From the IMG/VR virus record IMGVR_UViG_3300045988_183378: DNA of 64,000 bases; one strand, written 5' to 3'. Source of the DNA: a virus. The translations under genes were made by a program, and so were the position numbers. This document shows positions 8,422 through 19,241 of the stretch, piece after piece; position 1 is the stretch's first letter; each line of letters opens with the position of its first letter. The notes beneath the pieces are model-generated. The model did no database searches. It saw nothing but the letters and a program-made list of their open reading frames with translations, and was not told where the DNA came from.

Positions 8422-8618
8422 TGATTAAATCAATATTGTATTATAATTTACAATGTGATAAAATATTGTCGGTACATATTAGGCATACATATATGCCTCC
8501 TCAAAGACTAGCACTTTTGTTAAAGCCGGTAATTTTGTCGTAAAAATACACTTTAATAGAATTTTACAATTCTACTAGCAACTTTGATTATAGCTCTCAC
8601 CTTAATGGTGGGAGCTTT
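8422..8618 (+). ncRNA. candidate small RNA (about 200 nt) between promoter motif and terminator
   Basis: hairpins ggcatacatatatgcc and agctctcaccttaatggtgggagcttttt; noncoding. Confidence 0.25.
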
Positions 8619-8623
8619 TTGTT

Positions 8624-8639
8624 ATTCTCTGTCATATTT
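8624..8639 (+). promoter_or_regulatory. conserved promoter motif
   Basis: core CTGTCAT 8629-8635; ATG 8671. Confidence 0.55.
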
Positions 8640-8670
8640 ATTGTGTAAATAAATATAAAGGAGAATAATT

Positions 8671-11004
8671 ATGAGTTCTAAAAAACAACCACTTTATAAT
8701 GATGATAAAAATATTCCACTAAAAAAACAAAAAAATCATCTTTTAACCATATTTAAAATTTTTTTATTGATTATTATGATAGTCATATTATTATCTTTAA
8801 TATCATTATCAGTATTTTATATCAAATTTTATAGTAAATTCAAATTGGCACAGGAGAATGCGTATGAGTCATTACAAAATATGAACCAAGATGAATTTAA
8901 TAAAGAACTGAATACATACTTTTATTATGATGACGGTACATTAATGGCAGCTAATATTAACGGCTCTTATGAATATGTTAATATCAGCGATGTTAGTGAT
9001 TATATAATACAAGGATATATTGCTGTGGAAGATAAGAATTTCTATATTCATAAAGGTATTGATGCTAAAGCATTGTTACGAGCTTCTTTGGCTTATATAA
9101 AGAATAAAGGAAAAATAACTCAGGGCGGCAGTACAATTACACAACAGGTTGTAAAAAATATTGTTATAAAAAATTCAGACAAAACAATAGATAGAAAACT
9201 TACTGAAATAATAGCATCACTTGAAATGGAAAAATCATATTCTAAAGAACAAATACTTGAAATGTATTTAAACTCTAATTTCTATGGCAGCAATTGTTAT
9301 GGAATTCAGGCAGCTTGTAAATATTATTTTGGATGTGATGTATCTGATGTAACAATATCTCAAGCTGCAATGTTAATAGGCATTTCAAATGCCCCTACAA
9401 AATATAATCCTGAAACAAATTATGAATTAGCAATATGTAAAAGAAATCAAGTCCTTAATACAATGTATAATCAGAAAATAATTACAGAAAAACAATACAA
9501 TGAAGCATTAGAAGATCCTCTTGATTTAATTTTATATAAAGAAACATCTGATTTACCAACATCTTATGAATTTTCATATACACTTAAATGTTCTATTGAA
9601 TATCTTATGGAAATGAATGGATTTAATTTTAAATACCTTTTTGATTCTTCAGAAGATGAGCAAGATTATATTAATCAATATAATAGAATATACTCTAAGT
9701 ACAAAGAAGAAATATTAACTGGAGGATACAGGATATATACTTCAATAGATAAAGATAAGCAGCTTGAGCTATTACAAATTTCAAAAAATGTTTTATCACA
9801 ATATGATAACAGCTTATCCGAGGATGGGCGGCATCTTCTTCAAACATCATCCATGTGTATTGATAATGAAACTGGATATGTTAGAGCAATTATAGGTGGA
9901 CAAGAAGATAATGAATATATAAATAGAGCATATCAATCTCCTAGACAACCAGGCTCTTCCATTAAACCAATATTAGATTATGCTCCGGCTTTTGATATTT
10001 TAGACTATCATCCATCATCTATGATTTTGGATTCTCCACTTGAGGGTAAATACCAGCCTAAAAATCATGATGGATATTACAGAGGCAATATTTCAGTAAG
10101 AACAGCTTTATTACAATCAGTCAATACAACGGCTGTTAAAACATTAATGAATGTTGGAATAAACAATTGTTTAGAGTATTTAAATAAAATGCACTTTTAT
10201 AATATTTCATATGAAGATAATAATAATGCTGCAATTGCCATAGGTGGTTTTACAAATGGTGTAACAGTAGAAAACATGACTAAAGCATACAATGTATTAG
10301 CTAATAATGGTAAATACAATAATAATACATGCATCAAACATATGTTGCGTCAAAATGAAGAAATATATCAAAATAAAGAAGATATTCAAGTATATAAAAA
10401 AGGCACCGCTTATATGATGACAGATTGTTTAATTTCAAATTTTACAGAAGGATACGTCAAAAATTATCAAATAGATAATCAAATTTGTGCAGGGAAAACT
10501 GGAACAACGAATGATAACAAGGACTCTTGGCTATGTGCATATACACCATATTACACAACATGTATATGGACCGGATATGATATTCCTAAAAATTTTGATA
10601 ATGGTTCAGCAATATGTGGAGAAATATGGAAGCAGTTTAATGAATATTTACACCAGAATTTAGATAATAAGGAATTTGAGAAACCTGAAACTATTTATGA
10701 GCATTATATTGACTGGGAAGGGAAAAAATGTAATTATAATTCTGGTAAAAAAGATTTTTTTCAAATCGATTTTCCTAATTATGAAAATGCCAGTTTTTGT
10801 TACAAAAAAGCATATGATGCTTTAAAAAAAGCTGAGAATACTAATATTTCAGATTATAAAACTGCTAATACTGTTATAAAAAGTCTTGATGATATTATTA
10901 TCGATAAGAACGCATTAACTGATCAACAAGAAATTGATGCTATAAATAAATACTGGGATGAAATATATAATAATATTTTAATAAAAAGACAACAGTTTGG
11001 ATAA
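8671..11004 (+). CDS. class A penicillin-binding protein (GT51 transglycosylase + transpeptidase) with N-terminal TM anchor
   Basis: GT51 motifs [28 protein letters not shown]; transpeptidase RQPGSSIKP (SxxK), KTGTT; about 150-aa C-terminal extension. Confidence 0.8.
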   Translation: MSSKKQPLYNDDKNIPLKKQKNHLLTIFKIFLLIIMIVILLSLISLSVFYIKFYSKFKLAQENAYESLQNMNQDEFNKELNTYFYYDDGTLMAANINGSYEYVNISDVSDYIIQGYIAVEDKNFYIHKGIDAKALLRASLAYIKNKGKITQGGSTITQQVVKNIVIKNSDKTIDRKLTEIIASLEMEKSYSKEQILEMYLNSNFYGSNCYGIQAACKYYFGCDVSDVTISQAAMLIGISNAPTKYNPETNYELAICKRNQVLNTMYNQKIITEKQYNEALEDPLDLILYKETSDLPTSYEFSYTLKCSIEYLMEMNGFNFKYLFDSSEDEQDYINQYNRIYSKYKEEILTGGYRIYTSIDKDKQLELLQISKNVLSQYDNSLSEDGRHLLQTSSMCIDNETGYVRAIIGGQEDNEYINRAYQSPRQPGSSIKPILDYAPAFDILDYHPSSMILDSPLEGKYQPKNHDGYYRGNISVRTALLQSVNTTAVKTLMNVGINNCLEYLNKMHFYNISYEDNNNAAIAIGGFTNGVTVENMTKAYNVLANNGKYNNNTCIKHMLRQNEEIYQNKEDIQVYKKGTAYMMTDCLISNFTEGYVKNYQIDNQICAGKTGTTNDNKDSWLCAYTPYYTTCIWTGYDIPKNFDNGSAICGEIWKQFNEYLHQNLDNKEFEKPETIYEHYIDWEGKKCNYNSGKKDFFQIDFPNYENASFCYKKAYDALKKAENTNISDYKTANTVIKSLDDIIIDKNALTDQQEIDAINKYWDEIYNNILIKRQQFG

Positions 11005-11022
11005 ATCTTTAACATATACTGT

Positions 11023-11038
11023 TTTTTCTGTCATATAT
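11023..11038 (+). promoter_or_regulatory. conserved promoter motif
   Basis: core CTGTCAT 11028-11034; ATG 11090. Confidence 0.55.
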
Positions 11039-11089
11039 TTTTTATCAATAAATTTAATGGAGAATAACTCCAAGAAGGGAGTCTTATAT

Positions 11090-11377
11090 ATGAGACATTT
11101 TAAGAAAGCAAAGGAAGAATTAATTCCTTATATCAACAAAATTCTTGAAAGAAAGAATATTGATTATTTCTATAGAGATAACGAAATAATTGTAGATTTA
11201 TCTGGTAATCAGTTTCATAAGATTGTTACACGAGCTAAGTGCGAAATGCTTAATGAAAAGGATGGGTTGGATAACAGACATACATATTATGTATCCAAAG
11301 CAGAAAATATTGCCCGCTTAATGAGCGACAATCCGGAATATGAATTCTTTATAGAATATCCATATAATCCAGATTAA
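11090..11377 (+). CDS. hypothetical protein (95 aa)
   Basis: in-frame ATG with RBS aagggag inside track ORF 10997..11377. Confidence 0.45.
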   Translation: MRHFKKAKEELIPYINKILERKNIDYFYRDNEIIVDLSGNQFHKIVTRAKCEMLNEKDGLDNRHTYYVSKAENIARLMSDNPEYEFFIEYPYNPD

Positions 11378-11481
11378 ATAATTTTGAAAATTAGAACTAT
11401 TTGTTTAGCTACCTTAAAATGTCTTTATAGACTTTTTAGGGTAGCTTTTTTGTTCGCACATTGCGAAGAAAGGGCTGCACT

Positions 11482-12129
11482 ATGGCAGAATTAAATGAAA
11501 TTATGTCAGACAAAAAGGCTGGCACATATAAAAAGGATTTTTTTAATGTAGCATCATATATCGAAAAATTTTATGATGCAGAAGAATATCTTTTCAATTT
11601 CGAAGCTAATGATTTGGTTGAAACCAGATCAGGAGCAAATGATTATGTTGAGGAACATACTCCTCATGTGCTACAACATATAGCTCCAGAAATTTCATGG
11701 GCTATAAATAAAATTTCTGAAGCTACAAAAGAAAAGAAAGGAATTAAAGGCGCTAAGAATGGTACCTTTCATCCTACATGGTTTGATTCATTAGAAAGTG
11801 CATCTGAAGCATTAGAGAGAGTTTTAATTGCTTCAAATAATACCTCTATTATTTCTAAAATTCAGAACTGGTGTGAGGATAGAGATATTTATTACAACGA
11901 CAGAAGGCATAATCGTTTAGTTATAGATATAGTATCTAATACGGTTATAGGAAAAGGAATTGTAAAAGGTACAAATTATGATATTCCTTTTGACTGTCAT
12001 GGACTTCATATTGTTTTAGAATATACAATTTCTAAAAAAGATGGAGAATTTGCAGTCTATGATATGTATCCATATTTCACAGAAGAGGATTGGAGCATAA
12101 TTAAAAAAGCTAAAAATAAAAAATCTTAA
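11482..12129 (+). CDS. hypothetical protein
   Basis: track ORF 11461..12129 (TTG); first ATG at 11482; terminator downstream 12131-12168. Confidence 0.45.
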   Translation: MAELNEIMSDKKAGTYKKDFFNVASYIEKFYDAEEYLFNFEANDLVETRSGANDYVEEHTPHVLQHIAPEISWAINKISEATKEKKGIKGAKNGTFHPTWFDSLESASEALERVLIASNNTSIISKIQNWCEDRDIYYNDRRHNRLVIDIVSNTVIGKGIVKGTNYDIPFDCHGLHIVLEYTISKKDGEFAVYDMYPYFTEEDWSIIKKAKNKKS

Positions 12130-12185
12130 GCAAAAACAGTCATCATTTGATGGCTGTTTTTTATATTGTTTTTCAAAAAATATTT

Positions 12186-12201
12186 TTTAACTGTCATATA
12201 T
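12186..12201 (+). promoter_or_regulatory. conserved promoter motif
   Basis: core CTGTCAT 12191-12197; ATG 12244. Confidence 0.55.
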
Positions 12202-12243
12202 TAATAAAAATATTGTTTTAATTTAAGGAGTTAAATAGATATT

Positions 12244-12858
12244 ATGTTTATTAATGTACCATGTATTGAAAATACCAAAAAAGAAAATGGACTGTATTCA
12301 TATGAATTAAAATTCCCAGATATCATACAAGAAAACAAAAAGCATATAATACAAAATTCAAGACTTTCTGAAAATAACAAAATTGATTTAAGTGGAACAC
12401 TTGCATATAACAATAATTATTATAATTTATTTTCAGATAAAAACAGATTATTCGTTTTTAATTTTCAATCAAGTGATTTTTATATTATTGATCAGGAAGA
12501 AAGTTATTATGAACGAAAAAAATATTTCTATAGAACAATTAGAGATGGAGGAAATGTCTATTCATTATATGAATCAAAATTATTTAATAAAAATCTTATG
12601 TGTATTAAAAAAAATAATAAAATTATTGTTGTTGTATTACAGTCAATTAATCATGAAACAGAAATATACAATAAATTCTTTTGCTTAGAAAAGAATAAAA
12701 GAAATATATCTTATAATTGCAAAATTAATAACGATGAAAATAATTTTATTATTTATGCGCTAATCACAATAGGACACTATGATTGCGTAAAATATTCTAG
12801 TAAATTCATAGAATTACAAGACACAAGTAAATGGATAGAATGGTTTTCTAAACACTAA
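12244..12858 (+). CDS. hypothetical protein (204 aa)
   Basis: ORF track; RBS aaggag; overlapping ORF 12392..12688 is spurious. Confidence 0.45.
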   Translation: MFINVPCIENTKKENGLYSYELKFPDIIQENKKHIIQNSRLSENNKIDLSGTLAYNNNYYNLFSDKNRLFVFNFQSSDFYIIDQEESYYERKKYFYRTIRDGGNVYSLYESKLFNKNLMCIKKNNKIIVVVLQSINHETEIYNKFFCLEKNKRNISYNCKINNDENNFIIYALITIGHYDCVKYSSKFIELQDTSKWIEWFSKH

Positions 12859-12924
12859 TTTAAACAATCACAGCATTTAAGATTTTAATTTAAGAAACAG
12901 TATCATATTTTTTATCTTATTTTA

Positions 12925-12940
12925 TATTTCTGTCATTCAA
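12925..12940 (+). promoter_or_regulatory. conserved promoter motif variant (CTGTCATtc)
   Basis: core 12930-12936; ATG 12974. Confidence 0.45.
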
Positions 12941-12973
12941 TATATATGATAACAAAGCCAAAGGAGAAAAATT

Positions 12974-13189
12974 ATGAAGAAGAGATATCAAAAAATGATA
13001 GGTGACAGAAAAATATTAATGCCAATTACAGATGCACAACAATTAATGGTAATAGCAGATGATTTTTGTGTATTAAATGATAACAGAACTCAGGATTCTA
13101 TTATTAATATTATTTGCGGAAGCAAAACATATAATGATGGATTGAGAAAAGTAATCGATATTATTGATGCAACTGTATTGGCATCTTAA
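12974..13189 (+). CDS. hypothetical protein (71 aa)
   Basis: ORF track; RBS aaaggagaaaaattATG. Confidence 0.4.
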   Translation: MKKRYQKMIGDRKILMPITDAQQLMVIADDFCVLNDNRTQDSIINIICGSKTYNDGLRKVIDIIDATVLAS

Positions 13190-13201
13190 GGAGGTAATTT
13201 T

Positions 13202-13714
13202 ATGTATAAATATTATGCTTTAAAGGATACTATAGAGGAAATCCCGGATTCAATTGAGCCAATAGCTTTTCAAAATTTTAATGAAGCTAAAGATATCATT
13301 ATAAAGAAGCATGAATCTGAAAAGTCAGAAAGAATAACTGCATTTGGATTTTTATTATCCAAAAGTATTATTTCTAAGGCTGATTTAGAAAAGTATAACT
13401 GGTATGATGCAGGTATAGTAGATCGACATACATGTGTATCAGAGCTTCCGAGTATAATACAAGAAGCTTTAAGAAGAGAAATAAATCAATTTTATAAGCA
13501 ATCTGATAGCAATTATAGTATGAATCGTGAGAATTTTCTGAGTTTTTACGGAAGTTTTAAACTTGAAGATTTACATAGAATGATGCCAAGAATTGCTAAT
13601 AAATATAATTTGATTTCCGATAAGGACAAATCACCAATAGAAAAATTATTTGATGATAATATAAGAATTGAAAATATTGAACATACAATTACTTCTTCGA
13701 ATTCATCAATTTAA
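13202..13714 (+). CDS. hypothetical protein (170 aa)
   Basis: ORF track; RBS aaggaggtaattttATG; same operon. Confidence 0.45.
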   Translation: MYKYYALKDTIEEIPDSIEPIAFQNFNEAKDIIIKKHESEKSERITAFGFLLSKSIISKADLEKYNWYDAGIVDRHTCVSELPSIIQEALRREINQFYKQSDSNYSMNRENFLSFYGSFKLEDLHRMMPRIANKYNLISDKDKSPIEKLFDDNIRIENIEHTITSSNSSI

Positions 13715-13744
13715 AAAACAACTAGAAAAAAGGAGAATACAATA

Positions 13745-14113
13745 ATGGTAACAACAGCAACAGTGTCAACAAATGCAATAAATAAGACAAATAAGACAAT
13801 AAAGGTAGGACTCAAAAGATGTCCATTTTGTAGAAAGTGGGACTCAATGAGTATTATCCCTATTAAAACTAATGGCTTTAAGATTACTTGCGATTACGCA
13901 AAAGGAGGCTGTGGAGCCAGCGGTGGAATGGGTAAGACTAAAGATGAAGCAATAAAAATGTGGAATCTAAGAGTGCCTATTGATCATTTACGTCATGATG
14001 TTTCTGAAAAATCATATCATAATAGTTTAATGAATTGTGAAGTAATTCCTTCTACGGAAATATATGATGCATTAAATGATGAACAAGAAAAATATTTAGA
14101 AATAAAGATTTAA
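13745..14113 (+). CDS. Lar-family-like zinc-ribbon protein (possible restriction alleviation)
   Basis: CPFCRKW...CDYAKGGCGASG...EAIKMWN resembles Lar family CPFCG...C..C...WN pattern; N-terminal extension unusual. Confidence 0.4.
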   Translation: MVTTATVSTNAINKTNKTIKVGLKRCPFCRKWDSMSIIPIKTNGFKITCDYAKGGCGASGGMGKTKDEAIKMWNLRVPIDHLRHDVSEKSYHNSLMNCEVIPSTEIYDALNDEQEKYLEIKI

Positions 14114-14133
14114 AATGTAAAATAAAGATTTAA

Positions 14134-14164
14134 AACAGGGTATATATTACCCTGTTTTTTATTT
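14134..14164 (+). terminator. rho-independent terminator
   Basis: aaacagggtatatattaccctgtttttt. Confidence 0.6.
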
Positions 14165-14179
14165 TGTTCTGTCATATAT
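14164..14179 (+). promoter_or_regulatory. conserved promoter motif
   Basis: core CTGTCAT 14169-14175; ATG 14240. Confidence 0.55.
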
Positions 14180-14239
14180 ATTATATAGAATTAATTTTCT
14201 ATCAAACAATATAAGATTAATATATTTTGGAGGATTTAT

Positions 14240-15559
14240 ATGATAACAAAAGTTGAATTTAAGGAAAATAGTAATAAAAACAATAATGTAAAAAAAAGAG
14301 CAAATAGGAAATATCCTAAAGAAATTTTAAAAGCATTTAAATATGATTATAACAAATGTGATATTTTTTATAAAACAATGTATGGATATATGTGCGGCAG
14401 GCATATATTAGATTTATCACCATTACATATTTATAATTTACAAAATGGATATAATGCAAAAAAGAATGCCCTCATTAATTTATTTAAATATGATGATGTT
14501 GTTAAATTAAATATTGAAAATTTACCTACACGCTCTATTATCGAATTAGCCGATTTAGCTTATGGAATGATTTATAAGGGTTTGGTATTTAAATTAAAAG
14601 GATTAGATTTAAATTATTTTATGACTCCTGACAAAATTATTAATGCCGGTAATGTCATAAAAAATCATAACGGCACTGAAATTTATGGAGGAAATACAAT
14701 AAGAGATTTCTTAGCTCATTATAGTGTTAATGAAAAAAAATCAAATCTTACAGAAGATGAATTAAATAATATAACAAATTTTTTAAATGAAAGAATAAAT
14801 ATATATAAAAATTACGGTTCAATAAAAAGTATCCCTTTTTCTGTGTTCAGATATTCTTTATATATAAAGACTGATGAAAACAAAACCATTATTGTCCCTG
14901 ATATAGAAGCAAAACATAATTTACAAAAAATATTAGGTGTGGAATTATATGAAAAATATCATATTAAAGAACTTAGTATGATAAAAGCAACATATTTCGA
15001 AGCAAAAATTATTAAACAGATAAAGAAAACATTAACAAAAGAAATGAATTCTGTAGCAAATAATCTTTTAATTGATATTCCAGAGGGAAAATTAAAGGAA
15101 CACGCTATTTTAGCATCGTCTATTGATAATGTAACAGCAATAACTGGTAGTGGAATTATTTGTAATATTCTTGAATTTATGTCAAATAATATTATAAATA
15201 TTAAAAAATTGTATGCTGAGCCTGAAAGATTATTTACCGCTGAAGAACAGAAGTCATTATTCCAAATTGAATATACAGCTTTGCGTATGAATCAATTTGA
15301 AGCAGGACATAATGTTTTATGGATTAATGATATTTCAAAGGCTATTAAAGGTAAATATGCAAATTTAAAGTCATTGCAATTATGCATAGAATATAATTTT
15401 GCTCCTGTTATTAATGATAAGTCAATTTTAGATTACAAAATCAGTTATGATGTACTTTATAATTTTTATGTTCAATATATAATTGGCTTTGATAAAAACC
15501 AAATAATAGAAAATAATGAAGAAATTATGACTGCATTATCTAATATTATTACTCATTAA
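14240..15559 (+). CDS. hypothetical protein (439 aa)
   Basis: ORF track; no recognisable motifs. Confidence 0.5.
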   Translation: MITKVEFKENSNKNNNVKKRANRKYPKEILKAFKYDYNKCDIFYKTMYGYMCGRHILDLSPLHIYNLQNGYNAKKNALINLFKYDDVVKLNIENLPTRSIIELADLAYGMIYKGLVFKLKGLDLNYFMTPDKIINAGNVIKNHNGTEIYGGNTIRDFLAHYSVNEKKSNLTEDELNNITNFLNERINIYKNYGSIKSIPFSVFRYSLYIKTDENKTIIVPDIEAKHNLQKILGVELYEKYHIKELSMIKATYFEAKIIKQIKKTLTKEMNSVANNLLIDIPEGKLKEHAILASSIDNVTAITGSGIICNILEFMSNNIINIKKLYAEPERLFTAEEQKSLFQIEYTALRMNQFEAGHNVLWINDISKAIKGKYANLKSLQLCIEYNFAPVINDKSILDYKISYDVLYNFYVQYIIGFDKNQIIENNEEIMTALSNIITH

Positions 15560-15581
15560 AACCAATTTTTTAGGAGGCCGT

Positions 15582-16202
15582 ATGAAAATAAAATGTTATG
15601 CAAATAACTATATGAATATTCCTGAATATATGGAAATAAAACTTAAAAATAATCAATCTGTTTTAATAAATATTAGTGATTCTGAAACTCAAGATGAAGA
15701 ATACTTTGAATGTTCAGAAGCTGAAATTTTAGGAGATGCAGCAGATGAATATGATAGCGACACAAGATTTTTAGATGAAGAACTGAATATTATAGTAAAT
15801 GATTTTGATTGTGGATTATTTTGGGAAAAAGTAATATTTGAAGATAATGAAGGTACTGTGATCTATACAATTAATGATGATGAAATCAATATAAGTTCAC
15901 AATGGAATAATAAAATTGATTCTGATGCTGTTAATAAAGATGATAATTTAAATAATAATAAATCTGAAATAAAACAAAATATAAACAGTAATGTATTCGA
16001 TTTATTAAAAGAGGATGAAGGATATATTGAAAAAGGAGATATTATGATAATTAACGGTCAGGAGTATTGTTCTTTTAAAAAGCTTGCTGAATTATCACAA
16101 AGCCTGTCCCCAGATGATAGAATTAAAATTATTAAATCTATTCAAAAAACACAAAATAAACAATTAAATATAAAAAATATGGAAGAAGATATATCCAGAT
16201 AA
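15582..16202 (+). CDS. highly acidic hypothetical protein (206 aa)
   Basis: RBS aggaggccgtATG; D/E-rich (DEEYFECSEAEILGDAADEYDSD). Confidence 0.45.
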   Translation: MKIKCYANNYMNIPEYMEIKLKNNQSVLINISDSETQDEEYFECSEAEILGDAADEYDSDTRFLDEELNIIVNDFDCGLFWEKVIFEDNEGTVIYTINDDEINISSQWNNKIDSDAVNKDDNLNNNKSEIKQNINSNVFDLLKEDEGYIEKGDIMIINGQEYCSFKKLAELSQSLSPDDRIKIIKSIQKTQNKQLNIKNMEEDISR

Positions 16203-16260
16203 TACTTTACTTTATCAAACTATTGTAAAAGTCTTTATGTTTAATCGCATAAAGATTTTT

Positions 16261-16276
16261 TTTCTCTGTCATATAT
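16261..16276 (+). promoter_or_regulatory. conserved promoter motif
   Basis: core CTGTCAT 16266-16272; ATG 16308. Confidence 0.55.
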
Positions 16277-16307
16277 ATAATGAACAATATATTAATGGAG
16301 AAACATT

Positions 16308-17051
16308 ATGAAAAAATTTTTAAAACAATTCAATGTTACTTTAAGTTTATTTTTATTTTCACTGTGTATTTGCTTATGTAATTTTAAGCCATATGTGTAT
16401 GCGGCTGAAAACAAAAAATGTTCTAATTTTACAAACCATACAATAAAGCCTAATCAATCAGCTTTTTTTACAACAATTCAAAAGAAAATATCAGATAATT
16501 CATTAGATGATGATATTAATTGTCAAACAATTGAAGAAGTTGAAGTTAATGAAGATAATTCAGATTTAGAATCCGATTCGGATAAAAACGATATTCCTAA
16601 TATTTATTTATCTGAATATGAATTATATGATACTCCTGATAATTGCCATTTCAAATCCTTTATGGATTATAGAACAATTACAGATAAAACATCTAAGCAA
16701 TTTGATATACAGGATAATGAAGCTTATACAGATATTAATACCGGTCTTAGAATGGTAAATGATAGATATTGTATAGCAGTAGGTTCATATTATACAAAGA
16801 TTATAGGTAAAAAAATTGATGTGGTTTTAGAAAACGGAACTATTATTCCTTGTATTTTTGCTGAAGCTAAATCTGATGAACATACAGATAAACTGACGCA
16901 TAGGCAGAATCCAAATGGATCTGTAATAGAATTTATTGTAGATACTCCATTATTGGATAATAAAGTAATACATTCAGGTAATATTGAATCTGTTAATGAT
17001 TATTTCAAAGGTGAGATTGTTGAAATAAGAATTGAAAAAGAGGAGCAATAA
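16308..17051 (+). CDS. secreted hypothetical protein with signal peptide
   Basis: MKKFLKQFNVTLSLFLFSLCICLCNFKPYVYAAE signal-like N-terminus. Confidence 0.5.
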   Translation: MKKFLKQFNVTLSLFLFSLCICLCNFKPYVYAAENKKCSNFTNHTIKPNQSAFFTTIQKKISDNSLDDDINCQTIEEVEVNEDNSDLESDSDKNDIPNIYLSEYELYDTPDNCHFKSFMDYRTITDKTSKQFDIQDNEAYTDINTGLRMVNDRYCIAVGSYYTKIIGKKIDVVLENGTIIPCIFAEAKSDEHTDKLTHRQNPNGSVIEFIVDTPLLDNKVIHSGNIESVNDYFKGEIVEIRIEKEEQ

Positions 17052-17084
17052 GCTTCTCTTTTTTTATGTAAGAAAAATCCACTA

Positions 17085-17100
17085 TAAATCTGTCATATTT
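17085..17100 (+). promoter_or_regulatory. conserved promoter motif
   Basis: core CTGTCAT 17090-17096; repeat element then ATG 17204. Confidence 0.5.
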
Positions 17101-17114
17101 TAAATAAAAGATTT

Positions 17115-17171
17115 TTATTGAAAAATAGTAAGAAAACTCCATCTGACAATAGTCGGTTGTGAGTAGTTCAT
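17115..17171 (+). repeat. 57-bp hairpin repeat element, copy 2 (in 5' leader of helicase gene)
   Basis: ...AGTAAGAAAACTCCATCtGACAATAGTCGGTTGTGAGTAGTTCAT. Confidence 0.7.
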
Positions 17172-17203
17172 AAATTTAATAATGGAAAGGATTGTAATAA
17201 TTT

Positions 17204-19131
17204 ATGATTGATTATAAAGCTGTTTTAAATGAGCAGCAATATGAAGCTGCTACAACAATTGATGGGCCATTACTTATTATTGCAGGAGCAGGTACAGGTA
17301 AAACAGCAACATTAATACATAGAGTTGCATATATGATAGAAAATGGAATTCCACCTCAGAGTATTCTGCTTTTAACATTCACTAATAAGGCAGCTAATGA
17401 AATGAGTGAAAGAGCTGCACAAATATTAGATGAAAGATGCAATAAAATTACTGCATGTACATATCATTCTTTTTGTGCCAAAATGTTAAGGATATATGGG
17501 GTTTTAGTTGGGCTAAGAAAAAACTTTACTATACTTTCTGAGAGCGATGTTGTAAATACAATTAAACTTCTTATAGCTGAAAATCCAGAAAAATATAAAA
17601 TAAAAAGCGGCTTCTCTGTATCTGAAATCGCCAAAATATTTAGCATGTCAATTAATCAAGATTTACCATTAGAAACAGTTATTGGGCTTAAAGATAGTAA
17701 CTTGGCATTTTTATCATATATATATATACTGAGCTGTTTGAAAAATACAAAAATTATAAAAAGGAAAATAATCTGGTAGATTATGATGATTTGTTAATAT
17801 ACTTTAACGAATTATTAGATAATAAAGCTGTCAGAAATCAAATTTCAAGCAGTTATAAATATATTATGGTAGATGAATATCAAGATACCAATAATCTGCA
17901 GGAAAGAATTATATTTAAAATGGCTCAGAAATATGAGAATCTAGCAGTTGTAGGAGATGATTATCAAAGTATTTATGCTTTCAGAGGAAGTAATGTGTCT
18001 AACTTTATTAATTTCCCTAAAAAGCATAAAAATTGCAAAGTAATAAAACTTGAAAAGAATTATCGTTCCACTACAGAAATACTTAATTTAGCAAATTCAG
18101 TTATGAACCGGTATGCTAATTTTGGATATCCTAAGAATATGACAAGTAATAATAAACAAGGAACTATGCCTGAAGTCATAAGCCTTCAAAATCAGGCAGA
18201 AGAGGCAACCTGCATTTTAAATAGAATAATTAAGCTGCATAATAAAAATGTCCCATATAAGGATATAGCAGTGCTAGAGAAGTATTCCAGAGATTCAGCT
18301 ATATTGGAAACATTGTTAATGAATAATAATATTCCGTACAAAAAAGTTGGAGGACCTAAATTTTTTGAAAGAGAAGCTGTCCAGGATATCTTAGCCTATT
18401 TAAGAGTTATCGCTAATCCAATTGACACATTAGCGTGGTTTAGAATATTGCAATTAATATATGGAATTGGTGATACATATGCAAGAAATATTGTAGAACA
18501 TGTAACAGAAAAAGATTTCTTGCTGCATGAATATCCAACAAAAAAATTTCATCAAGACATGGAAAAATTGCATGATACAATTTTGAATTTTAGAATCAAG
18601 TATTATAGGAACCAGTTAAGTATCCCTGATCTTGTGCTAAAAATAAATGAATATTATATTGAACAAAGAAAAGAATTATTGGAAAATGCTAAATTAAATG
18701 AAGAGCAAAAAATAAATGAACAGGATAAATTAGATGATGATAAAAATATTTTAAAACAGTTATATGAATTATGTACAGTGTTTAATAATCACAAATCTTT
18801 AAACGCTTTTCTTGATAATTTAACTTTAGGGATGGATAACAAAGATGAAGAAGAGGGCTTGGTTATTTCAACAGTACATTCAGCAAAAGGTTTGGAATGG
18901 GAATATGTATTTGTACTTGATTGTGTTACAGGAGTTTACCCAGGATTTAATGCTATGAGCATGGCTGAAGAAGAAAGACAGGAAAATCTAAGAGTATTCT
19001 ATGTTGCTATTACAAGAGCAAAAAAACAAATGTACTTATGTGTCCCAGAAATATATCATGAACGTAAAGTGTATCTTACCCCATATTTAAAACATTTAAA
19101 TAATCATATGTCATTTTCGTATAATTACTGA
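17204..19131 (+). CDS. UvrD/PcrA-like SF1 helicase, reading frame broken within an (AT)6 tract at 17716-17728
   Basis: track ORFs 17204..17779 (GAGTGKTATL Walker A, LTFTNKAANEM) and 17791..19131 (VDYDDLL, MVDEYQDTN, VVGDDYQSIYAFRG, STVHSAKGLEW, FYVAITRAKK); frame ≡1 already open from ~17692 reads ...LFEKYKNYKKENNLVDYDDLL; removing one AT unit restores a single ORF. Confidence 0.7.
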
Positions 19132-19145
19132 TATATTCAAGTTTT

Positions 19146-19176
19146 AATAGTGCCATTTTTGGCACTATTTTTTTGT
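19146..19176 (+). terminator. rho-independent terminator
   Basis: aatagtgccatttttggcactattttttt. Confidence 0.6.
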
Positions 19177-19193
19177 GTAAGAAAAAAAATTTT

Positions 19194-19209
19194 TTTGTCT
19201 GTCATAAAT
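19194..19209 (+). promoter_or_regulatory. conserved promoter motif (CTGTCATAa)
   Basis: core 19199-19205; ATG 19242. Confidence 0.5.
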
Positions 19210-19241
19210 ATATATATAAGATTTTCATAGCGAGGTTATTT

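Noticed and set aside
8331-8543. Track ORF 8331..8543 (70 aa)
   Set aside because: It starts inside the GGDEF gene and runs through the promoter motif and a hairpin-rich noncoding unit. It has no RBS.
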